NCBI GenBank assembly: GCA_963693365.1
Contig: CAVNZM010000010.1
Location: forward strand, 1,612,001-1,676,000
Source of the DNA: Amoebidium appalachense
Lineage: Eukaryota > Protista > Ichthyosporea
Reading direction: 5' to 3'
Length of the DNA: 64,000 nucleotides
Shown here: piece after piece, positions 50,142 through 63,985 of the stretch
Layout of the letters: each line of letters opens with the position of its first letter
How positions within the stretch are numbered: position 1 is the first letter of the stretch
Notes under the pieces: generated by a model
Told to the model about the DNA's origin: nothing
What the model saw: the letters and a program-made list of their open reading frames with translations, nothing else
Database searches by the model: none
Translations under genes and position numbers: made by a program

Positions 50142-51388
50142 TACAGATAGCGAGAGAGAAATTGTGTAGGTGTGTGCAAGTGGGAGAGGGGGGGGGGGGG
50201 ACACACCGCTTATTAGGCGCTTCGGTTTGAGCTGCATGAACTACCGTTCCCTGCAAATGTGTCTGTGCAGGCACCTCATTTTCATTTTTTGAATGCAACT
50301 GCCCACTCCGAACATCAAATCCTCTACCGAGTTCATGAACACTAGCATGTTGATTCGTTGGTGTTTTGAAGCCGGAAACATCGGTGTTCTCAACAGCGGC
50401 AGGTTGCGACACTATTGGTGGCTCAATGAATGCTTGTTGCTCCCAATGGTATATTTTCACCTGTGCGTTGTGGTGAATTTTCATCGGTGTGTTGTGGTAA
50501 TGTTTCACCTGTATTTTGTTGGCAGGTATATGTGATGCTGACCAAGAGAACACCGAGAATTCAAGAAAGAAAACTGTTTGAACTGGTTGCTTGATGTCAA
50601 ATATAGACATATGCTCGACAAAGAGACCCCCCCCCCCCCCCACCCAGCCCTTCCCCTCCCCACAGTCGTAGTGTGGTGCTACCTATCAAGATGGCACCCA
50701 CCATGTGTATGTGAAGTACTCAGAGCTACTAATGCGGCCTATATAATTTGGCACACAACATAGATCCTCTCCCTTACTGTACAGCCTTTCTAAGCTGTAA
50801 AATAGGTGTGAGGTTTGGGGGGGAAGGGAGTGGAGGAGGGAGAGGGGGAGGGGGAGGGGGGGGGGGGGGGGGGGGGGGGGGTGGTTCCATTCCGCTCTAG
50901 GCCGAACGTAGACTGTGCTGAGTGTTTGCCATATCAACCAGCAGCTACCAAAGCCTATGAACAAATTGAAACTATTGTGTTTGGAGTGCACTTTAGAATC
51001 ACATAATGACATGGCTTTTTTGCGTACTTCCTGCTGGTGGGATGTGCTTGTCTGCAAGGAAAAACGGGGAAAACATCGTAAAACCGTAGAGAATGCCAGA
51101 GAAACCTGAACAGAGCCCATCGTCTCCATTGCTACGGAGGGGGAGGTGGGAAGAGCCCATCATCAGGGGGGTTCCTATGCCTCCACAAAAGCATGGGTTT
51201 CGACTCTTTAACCTCTCGCGCGTGGTTCCCAACCCATACTTTGTTTCAACAGCAATAGGCGAGTCCACCCGTCTTGGCCAAAGACGAGCAGGGTTGTCAA
51301 GGAGCAGCAATCTAAGAACGCAGAGTCTACAAAATCTGCAAGCAGACAAAAAAACAAAGAAAGCAAGCAGAGAGATAGAGCATAAGCC
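42585..51388 (-). repeat. Right arm of large inverted repeat
   Basis: Reverse complement of 23974-34044, lacking ~24224-25427 (junction at ~51152) and ~26390-26545. Confidence 0.95.
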
Positions 51389-51751
51389 TGAAATCACAGA
51401 AAAAATGAGATATTATTCAAAAAAAAAAAAAAAAGAAAGAAAGAAAGAAAGAAAAGAAAAGAAAGAAGAAAGAACAAACGCGGAAAAAAAAATGCAACCA
51501 AAGCATAGAAGAAGCGAAACACATTGTTGCAAAATCTTCAAAATCTTAGGAAAGGTGAAATATGATGCAACATTTTACATAAAAAAAAGCCATATGTAAT
51601 GCAACCATAGCATAGAAAAGTGAGATATCGTGCAATGAGAATGTAAAAAAAGTGATATATGATGCATGATATCGTTGAAAAAGTGAGATACAGTGAATGA
51701 AATTATTGTACAAGTTAGATACAATGCAGTAATACCGTAGAACAAAACGTG

Positions 51752-51792
<41 letters not shown>

Positions 51793-52086
51793 AAGGAGGG
51801 AAAAGAAACAAGAAAAAAAGAAGAAAGGAAAGAAAAGGAAAAAGAAAAAGAAAGGAGTGGGGTACCGAACGCATGTGTGGTTCCCAAACAGCCCTGGCAA
51901 TCTCCTCCCACGTGGCTCCGCCCCGTAACTTCATTTCGGCTCCCACAAGCATCAATCGGTCATCATCCTCCTTGCTCCTACGTCATAGAGAAATGAGTGA
52001 AAATGATATCAAAAAATAAAGAATAAAATAATTGTTGGGAGGGGGGGGGGGGGGGGGGACTGCGTTGCTTGTGCACATGCCAGCTT

Positions 52087-52117
<31 letters not shown>

Positions 52118-52203
52118 AAAAAAAGGGGGGGGGGGGGGGGGGGGTCTTACAGATAGGAAATGAGCTTTACATGTTGGGTGGGAAAACTGTCTGTCTGTGC
52201 ATT

Positions 52204-52277
<74 letters not shown>

Positions 52278-52666
52278 CAAAAAAAAACAAACCATTTCCC
52301 TTCTTTTTTTGCAGTAGCTTGCCTGTTGTTGGTGGTGTGGCACTGTTGTGAGTGTACATGTGTGTGTGTGTGTGTTTTTGGTGGGGGGGGGGGGGGGAGA
52401 GGGGGGCAGCCACTATCTATGGTATTTGCATGGTTTTGATAATGTTTCCATCTACCCTCCCCAACTCTCTTCGTCTCTAATCTCCTTCCCCCCCTCACTC
52501 TCTCTCTCTCCACCCGTCCTTCTCCCCCCCCCCCCCCCCCCCCCCCCCCGTCCCTCCCTCCCTTTCCCCCCCCCCCCCCTCTTTCCCTCCCTCTCCCAGT
52601 CTCCCTCTCGCCATCTCCCTCTCGCCCTCTCACCCTCTCTAACAATCTCCTTCCCCCCCCCCCCCC

Positions 52667-52697
<31 letters not shown>

Positions 52698-52793
52698 TCC
52701 CTCTCTCTTTCTCTCCCGCCCCACTCCAAACTGCCCCCCCTCCCCCCTTTATTCTTATTTGTTTTTTGTTTTTTTTGTTTTCTTTTCTTTTTT

Positions 52794-52824
<31 letters not shown>

Positions 52825-53675
52825 GAGGGTTGGATTCACACCATTTGACTTTTGCCAGCTCGTCCACGGGGGTGGGTGGGTCCGCGTCAGGTTGAGGTGC
52901 AGCCCCTTTCTCTTGGTGCTTTAATGGGAAAAAAGATGTCTTCTGTGCGTAGACCATACCGTAAGGCAACATATACTAAACGATACAGATGTGTAGACCT
53001 GTATCTCGAACACGTTTTCATGAAACTCTATTTTCCCCTCAAGCCGTAAGGATGTTGTGTCATGACCCCGCGGGCTAGTTTTATGGATTTATGCTGACAT
53101 GGTATGCTACACTATCACCGTAGAGTGCTTGTACCATCATCGCACATGTTTTCTTGAATGTAATCATGCTATCCCTATAAGGTGCTGAAATGTTATAATA
53201 TCCCGTTGAATGCTTAGGAGATTATGGCATGCTAGACCCAATTATTTTATATCACAAGTTCCCTTATGATGTCTTGATGTTATTACCATGTGCTGGTCAG
53301 AAATTTACCCCGTGTCCCTGATCTTTTAGAGAATTACGTTGTCCACCGATCGGGTAAAACGACTCTTTGCACAGAACCCGTGGGACTGGGGAAAAAAAAC
53401 GTAGAAAGTGTCGTACACATGCATGTGTGGCTGGAAACAGGGGTTGTGTGAATGTATACGTGTTGGCGGTGAGAGCATGCCCATGGGTGAAAGTTTGGTT
53501 GCGTGTGTACACACAAAGGGCGGGGCGGGCTGGGGGGGGGGGGGGGGGGGTAAGAAAAGCTGGAATTAACCAGGATAGAAGAGGTAACAGAAAGAATTCA
53601 TGTGCACCTTATCAGAGGGACCAGGTGGTGACTTGGTGCTAAAAGTAGCTGTTGAGAGGTAAGTGGGCGTTAACC

Positions 53676-53717
<42 letters not shown>

Positions 53718-53807
53718 CGCGCGCACGCAGTGCGAGTGCATGTGTGCTCGGGTGTGTGTGTGTGTGTGTGTGTGGGTGTGTGTCCGTGTATATATATGCG
53801 CGCGCGC

Positions 53808-53869
<62 letters not shown>

Positions 53870-53958
53870 TGTGCGTGTGTGTGGGTGGGTGGGGTGTGTG
53901 TATGTGTGCTTGCGCATACGCGGGTGTGTGTGCGTGTAAGCTCGGGTGTGTGTTCGTG

Positions 53959-53999
<41 letters not shown>

Positions 54000-55111
54000 G
54001 TGTGTGGGGGGTGGGGGCATGTGTGTATGCGTGTTTGTGTGTTTGTGCTTGTGCTTGTGTGGTTGTGTGTGTGTGTGTGCGTGTGTATATATTTAGGTAG
54101 GTGGTGGTGTGTGTGTGTGTGTGTTTGGAGGGAGGTAAGGAGGGGGGGGGGGGGGGGGGGGGGGAGGGGGGGGGGGGGGGGATAATTTCCACATCCGGAA
54201 GCATTCCACACAACTATGTCGCATGCCACACCCTTGCTTATGTCTTTTTTTCCTGGCTCAAATTGATGAAAAACATTCATTCCCCTACCCCACTACACAA
54301 GAGAACATACAAATAGCCGTCCAACCAGGCCATTGTTACACACACTTCTTGTTGTATCTTCGTAACATACATCAGCCCAATACCCCCCCCCCCCCCCCCC
54401 CTCCCTCTCTCCCTCCCTCCCTCCCTCCCTCCCTCCCTCCCTCCCTCCCCCCCTCCCCCCCCCCCCCCTCCCTCCCTCCCTCCCTCCCTCCCTCCCTCCC
54501 TCACTTTCTCTCTCTTTCCCCCCTCCCTCCCTCCCTTACTTTCTCTCTCTTTCCCCCCCCTCTCCCCCTCAACCCCATCACCCCTCTATCGCCCCCTCCC
54601 CCCTCTCCCCTTCTCTTCCCCCCTTTCTCCCCCTCCCCCTCTCCCCCCCTACCTCTCTCCCTCTTTCCCTCCCTCCCTCCCTCCCTCCCTCTCTCTTTCT
54701 CCCCCCTTCCCCAAAATGACCGTACTACCTATATGTACTTCCGCGCAAATTCACTACCAACCTACACATAAGTACTTAGCCCATTTCCAATCAAATCCTT
54801 ACCCCTCAACCCGCCCCCCCCTCCCCCCCCCCACAAAAAAAAGGACCCCCCTCCACTCCCCCCCAAAAAGATTGCCTAAAGAAGAAAAAATATAGTTATG
54901 AAAGGGCATTAATATAATAGAGGGGGTCCAGGGAAGGGGGGGGGGGGAAGGGGTTGCACACATAAAAGAGCGGCGTGGAGAGGGAAAAAACAAGAGAGTA
55001 AGAAAGAAAAGGGTGAACGCGAAGTGAAACAGATCCAACCCGAACCAAAAACACATTTAAGGAATACTCAGAGGTTTGTCCATAGGCAAAGGGGAAATTG
55101 GGGAATGGTGT

Positions 55112-55146
<35 letters not shown>

Positions 55147-55402
55147 GGAGGGGAGGGAGGGGGGGGGGGGGGGTTAACAGCTCACTGTGGCCAACCAGGT
55201 CTACATGGGTCTGCAGATTTAACAGGCAGCAACAGGAACTCACCTATTGCATTTTGCAGATGCCATGCGGCCTGCCTGCCTGTGATTGGCTCATGCCGAT
55301 GCAGTGATGACCTTTTTGGTTGGTCAATAGCCGGTCCCCTAAACGGCCTATGTGAAGTTAACGAGGCCATGATAAAGCACCGTGGAATCCATCTGCCCAT
55401 CC
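44660..55402 (-). CDS. Gene B: convergent paralog of gene A (single Myb/SANT-like motif plus TPRs); first exon(s) probably near 57.0-57.2 kb, unresolved
   Basis: Exons: 55402-55244 ([19 protein letters not shown]), 53648-53608 (ATFSTK), 52918-52842 (AKVKW), 51977-51866 (SKEDDDRL...[10 protein letters not shown]), 50508-50207, 49444-48817, 48027-47960, 47011-46833, 45976-45848, 44805-44660. The last six have the same lengths as their gene A counterparts and the phases are consistent. Confidence 0.72.
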
Positions 55403-55525
55403 CTGTAGAGTGGAGGGAGAGGTGAGGTAAGGGACGGAGTGGGGGAGGGTGTGGATGGGGAGGGAACCGATAACACCATTGCGAGTGTGTCAATTTGGGT
55501 GAATGGGTGTGTCTGTCTGTCTGTC

Positions 55526-55583
<58 letters not shown>

Positions 55584-56184
55584 CGCGCGCGCGCGTGGGC
55601 ATGCCTGCGTGTGCGTGTGCGTGTGCGTGTGCGCATGTGTGTGTGCGCGCGCGCATGTGCGTGCGTGCGTGTGCGTGTGCGTGCGTGCGTGCGTGTTTGT
55701 GTGTGCTTGCGTGTGTAAGTGGTTGTGTGTGCTTGCGTGTGTCTTCCGGGAGAAAGGGGGGAGGGGGGGAGGGAAAGAAGGGGAAAACAAGAGAATTACA
55801 GGCGGTTGCCAGACATATGTCAACCAGGTAGTCAAGGGCATCGAGAATACCAAAGAGAGGAGGATGGGGGGGCTGTGATTGGGGATGGGGTGGGGTATGT
55901 GAAAGAGGAATATAGTACAATATAACTGTGAGGGCAAGTAAGACCAGGTGGTTCTAATCTTGTCATGAGCCTGAGACTTTGGTGCTGGGAAAAAAGAAGA
56001 AGAGTCGACAGGTACTGGTTATATCAGATGCTATTTGAAGTGATGCATACGTAACTCATATCCCACCCCCCTCCCCCCACCCCCGTTCAACCAATTTAAG
56101 AACGATCCCCGTATTGCTCCCCTCCCTCCCCCCCCCCCCCCCCTCCCCCCGGCGGGCAGGCTGCCCCCACCCAAACAAACAGCT

Positions 56185-56231
<47 letters not shown>

Positions 56232-57246
56232 ACAAAGACACAAACACATACACCCCGTCCTCTCTCTCCCTCTCTCCCTCCCTCCCTCCCCCTCTCTCCT
56301 TCCCTCCCTCCCTCTCGCTCCCTCTCCCTCCCTCCATCCTTAACTCCGTCCCTCCCTCCCTCCCTCCCTCCCTCCTTCCACTCCCCTCCCCCCTCCCCCT
56401 CCCCTCATATGGTTCGCACGGTGCTTTCGGTTCATGCGTTCCGGCAGTTCATACGGGTCATACGCCTCCCCCCTCCCCCGCCCCCAAGCTCCCGGGCCCG
56501 GGCCCGGGCCCGGGCCCGGCCCCCAACCCCCGCCCCCGCTTTGCCCCCGCCCCCGCCCCTTCCCCCTTCTCCTCCCCCTCCCCTTCCCCCCTCGTGCTCC
56601 CCCTCACCTTCCCTCTCAATCTCCCCCTCCCTCTCCCTCTACCTCAACCTCTCCCTCTCTCTTCCCTCTCCCTCTCCGTTTCCCTCTCCCTCTCCCTCTC
56701 CCTCGCCCTCTCTATCTCTCACCCCTGCCCCTCCCCCAGCCCCCGCTTATCTCCACTGCCCCTTTGTCCCTACTCCAGATTTACACATCAATATATACGA
56801 AATCAACAAGCACCGCGCTCCTGCGGCCCTCCGTGCCCAGCTCAATTTGTCCAACATGCTCGTGCTTTGTAGTCAAATGTTTTTAAAACGCCCGACGACC
56901 CCCAGAAGCTCACCTTGAGCTTCTCATAGCCCTAAACCTCTGCCACTTCCTACACACACGTTATCCTTGCCTGTAAGCCACTGAACTTAGCCCAGCTAAA
57001 CATGGTATCAACGCCTTGAAGCACCAGGAAAACCAGACAAGAGTGTAGGAAGGGGAGAGGGAAGAGACCTAGACGTCGGTAGGGCGGGATGGGAATGGAA
57101 ATATCTCCAACCACAAGCACAAACGAGGAGAACGAGCTTGGACTTACTTGGCCATGGTCCGTGAAGCATTCGCCAAGCACTCCGCACGCGCAAGCCGATG
57201 TAATGTTCAAAAAAAAAAAAAAAAAAAAAAAAGAATCTTTTCCGCT

Positions 57247-57430
57247 CAACGTGACATGCACTTCCTAATTAACGCCGGTTTGTTTCGGAGGGTGTGTCCA
57301 ACATTCAATCCAGATGGAAGGGGAAAAAAAAGTAGTACATTAACAGTCCTCGAGCTCGCAACGTGGTGTGCACTTCCCTGAACAACGCCGGTTTCTTTCG
57401 GGGTTTGTGTCCAACCTCTCAATCTAAATC
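57247..57430 (+). repeat. Diverged direct repeat (~70-bp core, ~112-bp period) upstream of gene B
   Basis: caacgtg...tgcacttcc...aacgccggttt.tttcgg.g..tgtgtccaac...caatc at ~57247 and ~57359. Confidence 0.7.
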
Positions 57431-58312
57431 TCAATGGCCCGGGTACCATATCAGGAGCGGGCAATTTTTGAATTCTCCCTCCCCGGCCCCGCCGGGGAAA
57501 ATTTGAGGTTTTTGGACCTCAAAGAAGTCAAATCCTGCAAAATCCACTACCGGGAGGCCAAAAAGGGTGATTTTACAAAAAAGGAGGGACATACATGAAA
57601 AAGAGAAAATGGGCGAGTTCAGTGGGCTGCCGATAAGTATATTTCGTGCTGGGCCGGTATACATGCTGCCGTGGTTGTTGCTGTAGACGGCAGTATGGCA
57701 TCGCATGTGTCACGTGACCTGCACGTGAATGCGACCATGTGCAGGCACTGAGTCTAGGGGGATTTGTATGTGTGTTTTGGAGCACCGACAAGGCAGAGCC
57801 AGGGTGAGGGATGTGTAAACATGGAGTTTAGGGAGATCGTGCTGCTATTGTAACATGTGCACAAAACAGCCACGTGCACCGGCACACTCCGGTGTACAGA
57901 ACAATAATATGCACATGCGTCACTGTAATATCATGTATGCGCATGCCGCACAAGGTTTAGGAGACCACCACAGTATATACTATTTTCTTTTGGTTGATAT
58001 CCATGTAGGAATGGTGTGTTGCAGTTGTCATGATCAGCCTGAGGCAGGCACGTGCACTCACTGAATCACTAGAACTCATGAATAAAAAATACATTCGCTA
58101 AAAACGGCAAGGTAAATTTGGGGCCAAGCTATTATTTCCCCCTTTTAAACGTTTTTTTAGCTCCAAGAACTTCGACGCCAAAATTTCTATATTTGGCCAT
58201 CGTATATGATAATGAACACGTGTACTTAAATTAAAGTAGTTATATAAATATGAGCGGCCCGTTACAAATACAGTGACGAAAAACAGTGACCCACGAGCAG
58301 TTTTTCTTTCTA

Positions 58313-58392
<80 letters not shown>

Positions 58393-59681
58393 AGACACAC
58401 ACACCACCACCACGGTGACCACCACCACCACCACCACCACCACTCACCCCTTAGAAAAACCACACACATACGTGCACGTGTACACACACACACAGAACAC
58501 CACCACCACCTCCACTGGACCCCATTTCCTCGTTGTTTTCTTAAGCCTTCAGACCAGTCCTGCACACTGGAGTTAAACAATTGAATTCACCTAGGCTGAC
58601 ATGCATCCACCCCCGCCTTCCACTTCCCCCCTCCCCCCCACCCCCACCCCCCACCCCCCCCACCCCCACCCCCTCCCCCTCGATGAAGAAGGGCCCCCGT
58701 AAGCCTTGGGGGGGGGGGGGGGGGGGGGGGGGGGGAGGGGGGGAAGGGGGGAGCTCTTGAGCCTCCGGGTAGGGAAGTGGGGTCCGGGGATCCGGAGAGG
58801 AGGGGGGGGGGGGGGGGGGGGGGGGGAAGGGGGCATATAATATTGGGCCTAGATATCATAGTATGGGGCCCCGGGGGAGGGAGAGGTGGGGGGGGAGGGG
58901 GGAGGATCCACGGGAAAGACCTTTAGCTGCATGTTCTTATTTATACCCCCTTCGAATCATCCCCCCTCTCCCCCCCCCCCTCCCCCCCCCCTGAGTGCAG
59001 GCCGTGACGTAGCTACGATAACCCTGCAGAAGGCAACAAAAATGTATTAATTACTAGCACTATACATGTGTTCATAGTGCAGCTTGCACCACGTATGATC
59101 TCAGCAACTTTAAAGTAGTCACAAAGTTTAGTTATTTTCATTATTTTCATTGCTCTGAACTCTATTACTCTGAAATGATCACCGTGCATGTGCCGCAAGA
59201 TAACAACCCTATATGTGTGCAGCTGCTGCCTGCAGGTTAGACTCGCTGAAAAGACAATTGTCAGTGTGCATCCGACGCTTGCAGCTGCAGCTAGCCTCTG
59301 CAACATTAATACTTGCCAAGTGAATGCTCTTACACTTGATCATCATTCACTCAAAAAACCGAGGACCGACAGATTAAATATTAATGTCGATCCGAATGAT
59401 CAGCAAGTGTCTATGCGTACTACTATATATACACACACGTAAAATGCGAAGCTATCAGTTACAAGGCACACCTGCTGCACTGGCACACATACACATACAC
59501 ACCGGCAGATCGATGCTGTCAAAATTTACTTTCATGTACTTCGTAGGTCCGACACAGGTGCACATGAACACGTACATATGTACAAGCCGCGCACACACCA
59601 CACCACACATACACACACACACACACACACTCACACACACACACGCACACACGCACACACGCACACACGCACACACGCACG

Positions 59682-59799
<118 letters not shown>

Positions 59800-60125
59800 G
59801 ACACACACACACACACACACATCACTGGGTGCGCTCGCTGGGGATTAGTTTTTTGGCACGCTGTTGACTTTATCGTGTGTTTATTATTTGCTATTTATTG
59901 GCCAGCGGCCAACATTTAAAAATATACTATATACCTAAAAATAGATACTGACTACGGCCAGCAGACATTATACACCTTCCAGGACACATTAACACCAATA
60001 GTCTAACACACCATACTCTCGATCACAAAGAATTCCTAACAAACAGAGAAAAGTGCAAAGGCTCTGTACTATTACTCAGATTCTAAATTTTAATTCTTTA
60101 CAGTAAACTTCGGAATGAAAGCTAG

Positions 60126-60156
<31 letters not shown>

Positions 60157-60241
60157 CCCTAACATGACTGTACGAAGAACAGGTATAACTTGAAGCACTA
60201 CAACACATATGAGATCCGTTACATTGGTGTACATTCCAATA

Positions 60242-61567
60242 TTAGACACTAGTTTGGCTACTCTGACTACTCTGAGATCCTGATTGGCTGCCTGCAGACT
60301 TGCGGCCACGATTACTTTGCTTTCGATCGTGCCATTGCAGCTGCGTCTCTCCAGCAGGTGGCAACGCCAGGCCCAGCACAGCAGATGCACGAGAAGGGGG
60401 TGGGAACTGCCCACCAGCCGAGGGCTGGCCCACATGGCCCAAGTAAGGATGGGGACCGTGCTGCGGCAGTAGCCCAGGCATGGGGAAGGCAGGGCCGGGC
60501 TGAGGCGGCATGATGCCCCACGGTGGGGGCCAGCCATGTGGGTGGTGCGGGCCTGGATGGGGTGCAGGGGGCATGTGCGGCACATGGCCCTGCTGCATGT
60601 CAAGCGCGGGTGCTGGTGGCATGGCATCCTGATTGGCTGCAACCCAACGTGGGCAGCTCTTGGCCCGATTGGAGCCGGGGCAGCCCTTGCCCTGGCGGCC
60701 ACACGTCTTGCAGGTCTTGGGGGCTCTCTGGGGTGGCTGCATAGGAGGGGGCACCGGCAAATCCATCTGCAGGGGCCCCTCAGGGCCAATGTTGCGATGC
60801 TTTTTGCCCACTAGCATGGGCAAGGGCCGCTCACGCTGCGCCCCTGCATCGACACCGTCTGGAACAGGGAGGGGTGGCAAGGGGGCAGGCCGTATGGTTG
60901 CTGGCACAGCGTCTGCCCTCTCCTCGCGCATACGCTTGCGGTGATCTGCCAGGCCCTCGTGTGTGGAGCGCTGTGCATGTGCCGTCTGCCAGGTCTTCCA
61001 CTTGTCGAAATGCTTCTTGATGTAGGCCGCATCCTTCATGTAGATTCCCCCAGCCACAGAGGCAGCCTTGTTGAAGTCTTGGGCCAAAGCCTCGAACAGC
61101 TGGCCGTTGGGCTTTGCATGTGCCTTGTAGGTGCCCAGGAGCAGCGTGCTGAATAGCTTGCGCTCCTGAGGGGTAAGCACCGGAAGGAAGGGGATGGCCA
61201 CATGTTGCTTCTGCGCCAGGAACTTGTAGTCGCCCCTCAGTGCAGGGTCCGGCTGTGGTGCACCACGCGCCACCTGGTTGCCCCCCCCCCATGGCAGCAC
61301 CGTCACCCTCCTCGACCTCACAGTCCTCTGGCCCGCCCATCACGCCATTGGCACCCCCTGTGAGGCAGGATGCCAATATTAATTTACTACGCACACTGCA
61401 ATTTGGGTTTGGTAGACTTTGATACCTGCCGTTATTGTAGGACCCCTCCCCTCCACCCCCCCCATCTTCTCCCCCAACACAAGTAAAAAATGCATGTGGC
61501 TCTTTCCCCCCACAACCCTACATTATTTCTCTCTAGGCATATGAATAACCCCCACTCTCCTCCCCCC

Positions 61568-61640
<73 letters not shown>

Positions 61641-62664
61641 TTGCCCCCCTCTCTCTGAGGCTCAGGCTCTCTCTCTTCCCTCAGAAGTTTTGTCGAAGGT
61701 GTGCATGGTTGTGGGTGGAATGGTGAGTGTGTGCTAACGAGTGTATGTGTGTGTGCGCGTCAGTCACGCATGTTGTTGTTGCCGTTTTTTTTATTTTTAT
61801 TTTTTATTTTTTATTTTGGGGGGGGGGGGGGGGGGAGAGGCACCTTCACATGTCCGTAATCCTCTTCATTCCACACAAATATTGCCTCGCTGAGTGCGCG
61901 TGCGTACTCAGCCCTGCGGGGGTGTGACTTGTACGTGCCGTCCGCCGTGTTTGCAATGGAGTGGAAGGCGTCATTCAGCACAGTCTGCCACACCACCTCC
62001 CCAGGCGGTGCCTGGCCCAACATGCCCTCTCTGGGAGCTGCCTCGGGTCCCCCTGGGGCTGCCTCAAGGCCCCCCGGGGCTGCCTGGGGGTCCTGGGGGG
62101 GTGCCTGTGGGCCGGCAAGGGGTTGCTGCTGCTCGGCAGGGGGAGGGGCTGGGTCAGGGACCACCGGCACCTCGGCACCTGGGTCCGGTGGGGGCTGAAT
62201 GGGCCGTAGCCACTGCAGGTGCACCATCAGCTCAAAGGGCGGCGGGCCCAGCTCTCCCAGGGTCTTGCCCTTGTCGGGGCCAAAGGGCACCTGCATGGCC
62301 GGCGACAGCACCTGATCCACCCGCACCACTGCATGCTTCTTGCCCACCTTCATGCCCCCCCAGCGCTCCGGCTGCACAGCCAGCACCACCCCGGTGGCTG
62401 CTGCAGCATGTGGGCCCCGCCGGGGCACAATCTCAACCCCTTCACCGAGTGCCTTTGCATGAAGCCGCGCTGCATGTCATAGAGGGAAGCAAAAAACTCA
62501 GCCAAAAAGCCACAGCACCAACGTTTTTCTCTTCGCTCCACAAAAATCAAATGCATATTCCTTAGCAACCCCCCCCCCCCCCCCCCCCCCCCCTTCTCCC
62601 TCCCCCCCCCCCCCTCTCCCAGTGCCCAGCTTGTGTGGCACTTGCACGTGTTAACAGTGCTATA

Positions 62665-62695
<31 letters not shown>

Positions 62696-63730
62696 CCACC
62701 ACCACCACCACCAATCACCCCCTCCTTTGATAGCCACCCGACACCCAGCATAACACAACTGGAACACTGGCCCATGTGGTCAGCCACCCCCCCCCCCCCC
62801 CCCCCCCCCCCTCCCCCCCTCCCCCCTCCCCCTCTCCTCTGGGGGGCCCACAATCTTTCTATATCTGGCATAAGCACATAAGCACTGGGGCAAAAAGCAG
62901 GTGGGATACACACCTGACAGGTTTGGCCTATCGACCACGGCCGAGTAGACCTGCAGGGACGCATATGCATCAAGGGCAGCGTAGGTGGCCTGCACCTCTG
63001 ATAGCGGCTCGTGCCAGTTGGAGCATCGAACAAGTGCCGGCTTGGGCAGCTTCTTGCCTATGACCTGGGCAGTGATGTCGGCCAAGCCCCGGGCCGCAGA
63101 GGTGATAGCTGCACGGGCATAGCAGAACCGGCCCAGCTCCAGATAGCTGGCCACAGGGGTGCCGTAGTCCTTGTTGAGGTGGGCCGAGTCCGTGCCGATC
63201 TGCTTGCCCACCTTGATGATGCTGGGGTCCCTAAGCAGCGCAATCAGCTCGTCCACCAGCCGCGCGGGCGGGCTGTGGTTGGGGCCCATGCGTGCCAAGT
63301 GGAAGATGTACACGGCCCGTGCGGTGGCAATCTGCAGCGTGCAAACCTTGGACCGCGCCTGGCCCACCCGATAGACCCACTCGCAGTCCAGCCCCACCAC
63401 GCGGTGCTGCTGCCCCTCCAGGTCGGCACGAATGGCCGCTGTAGCCACCACCGCCCCCTGGCAGTCGGTGTACACCGGCTTAGGGTAGTTGGCCGGCAGC
63501 TCCAGCCCAGGCAGACCGTCCGTCACGCTTACCAGCGCAGCCTCGTTCAGACGGACGGGGCATTTTGGCCGGGCTAGGGTTGGAAACATGCGCTCAACAA
63601 ACGCCCGGTCTTGGCAGCACCGATCTGTGTAGAAGAAGGCCGGGCCCTTGCTGTTGAGCGCCGCCGTGGTGGCAGAGATGCGCTGGATCACGGGCTCAAT
63701 CTCCTGGTGGCTGCAGTCCCGTGTAAATAC
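60242..63730 (-). mobile_element. Intron-containing DNA-transposase-like gene with an inserted WRN/DEDDy 3'-5' exonuclease; apparently internally deleted; 5' part outside the window
   Basis: Exon 63730-62914: FYTDRCCQDRAF, ExoI VVGLDCEW, LQIA, ExoII GTDSAHL, SNW, ExoIII YAALDA. Exon 62469-61844: VLNDAFH...H...LSEAIF. Exon ~61357-60242: YKFLA...LPVLT..E..LF, IYMK and a CKTC....CPG....C finger. The exonuclease call is strong. The transposase call rests on recalled similarity to DUF6729-associated/KDZ-like DxxH elements. Confidence 0.7.
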
Positions 63731-63843
63731 CTGCGCCCGGATCTCTGGGGTGCCGCACTGTGTGAGAGGGCATCTCCGAGCAGCCATGCATGTTCTAGCT
63801 TCCCTTACCACATGGCCCTTCACGAGACTTCAGTGCCCACACA

Positions 63844-63985
63844 ATCCTTTCCCCCTCCCTCCCCCCAAACCCATGTGCCCACATACTTTCCCCTCCCTCT
63901 CCCCCAAAACCCTTCCCCCTCCTTCCCCCCAAACCCATGTGCCCACATACTTTCCCCAGGCCTCCCTTTCCCCCAAAATCTTCCC
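63844..63985 (+). repeat. Short tandem duplication (ccccaaacccatgtgcccacatactttcccc, twice)
   Basis: Copies at ~63863 and ~63926. Confidence 0.8.
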
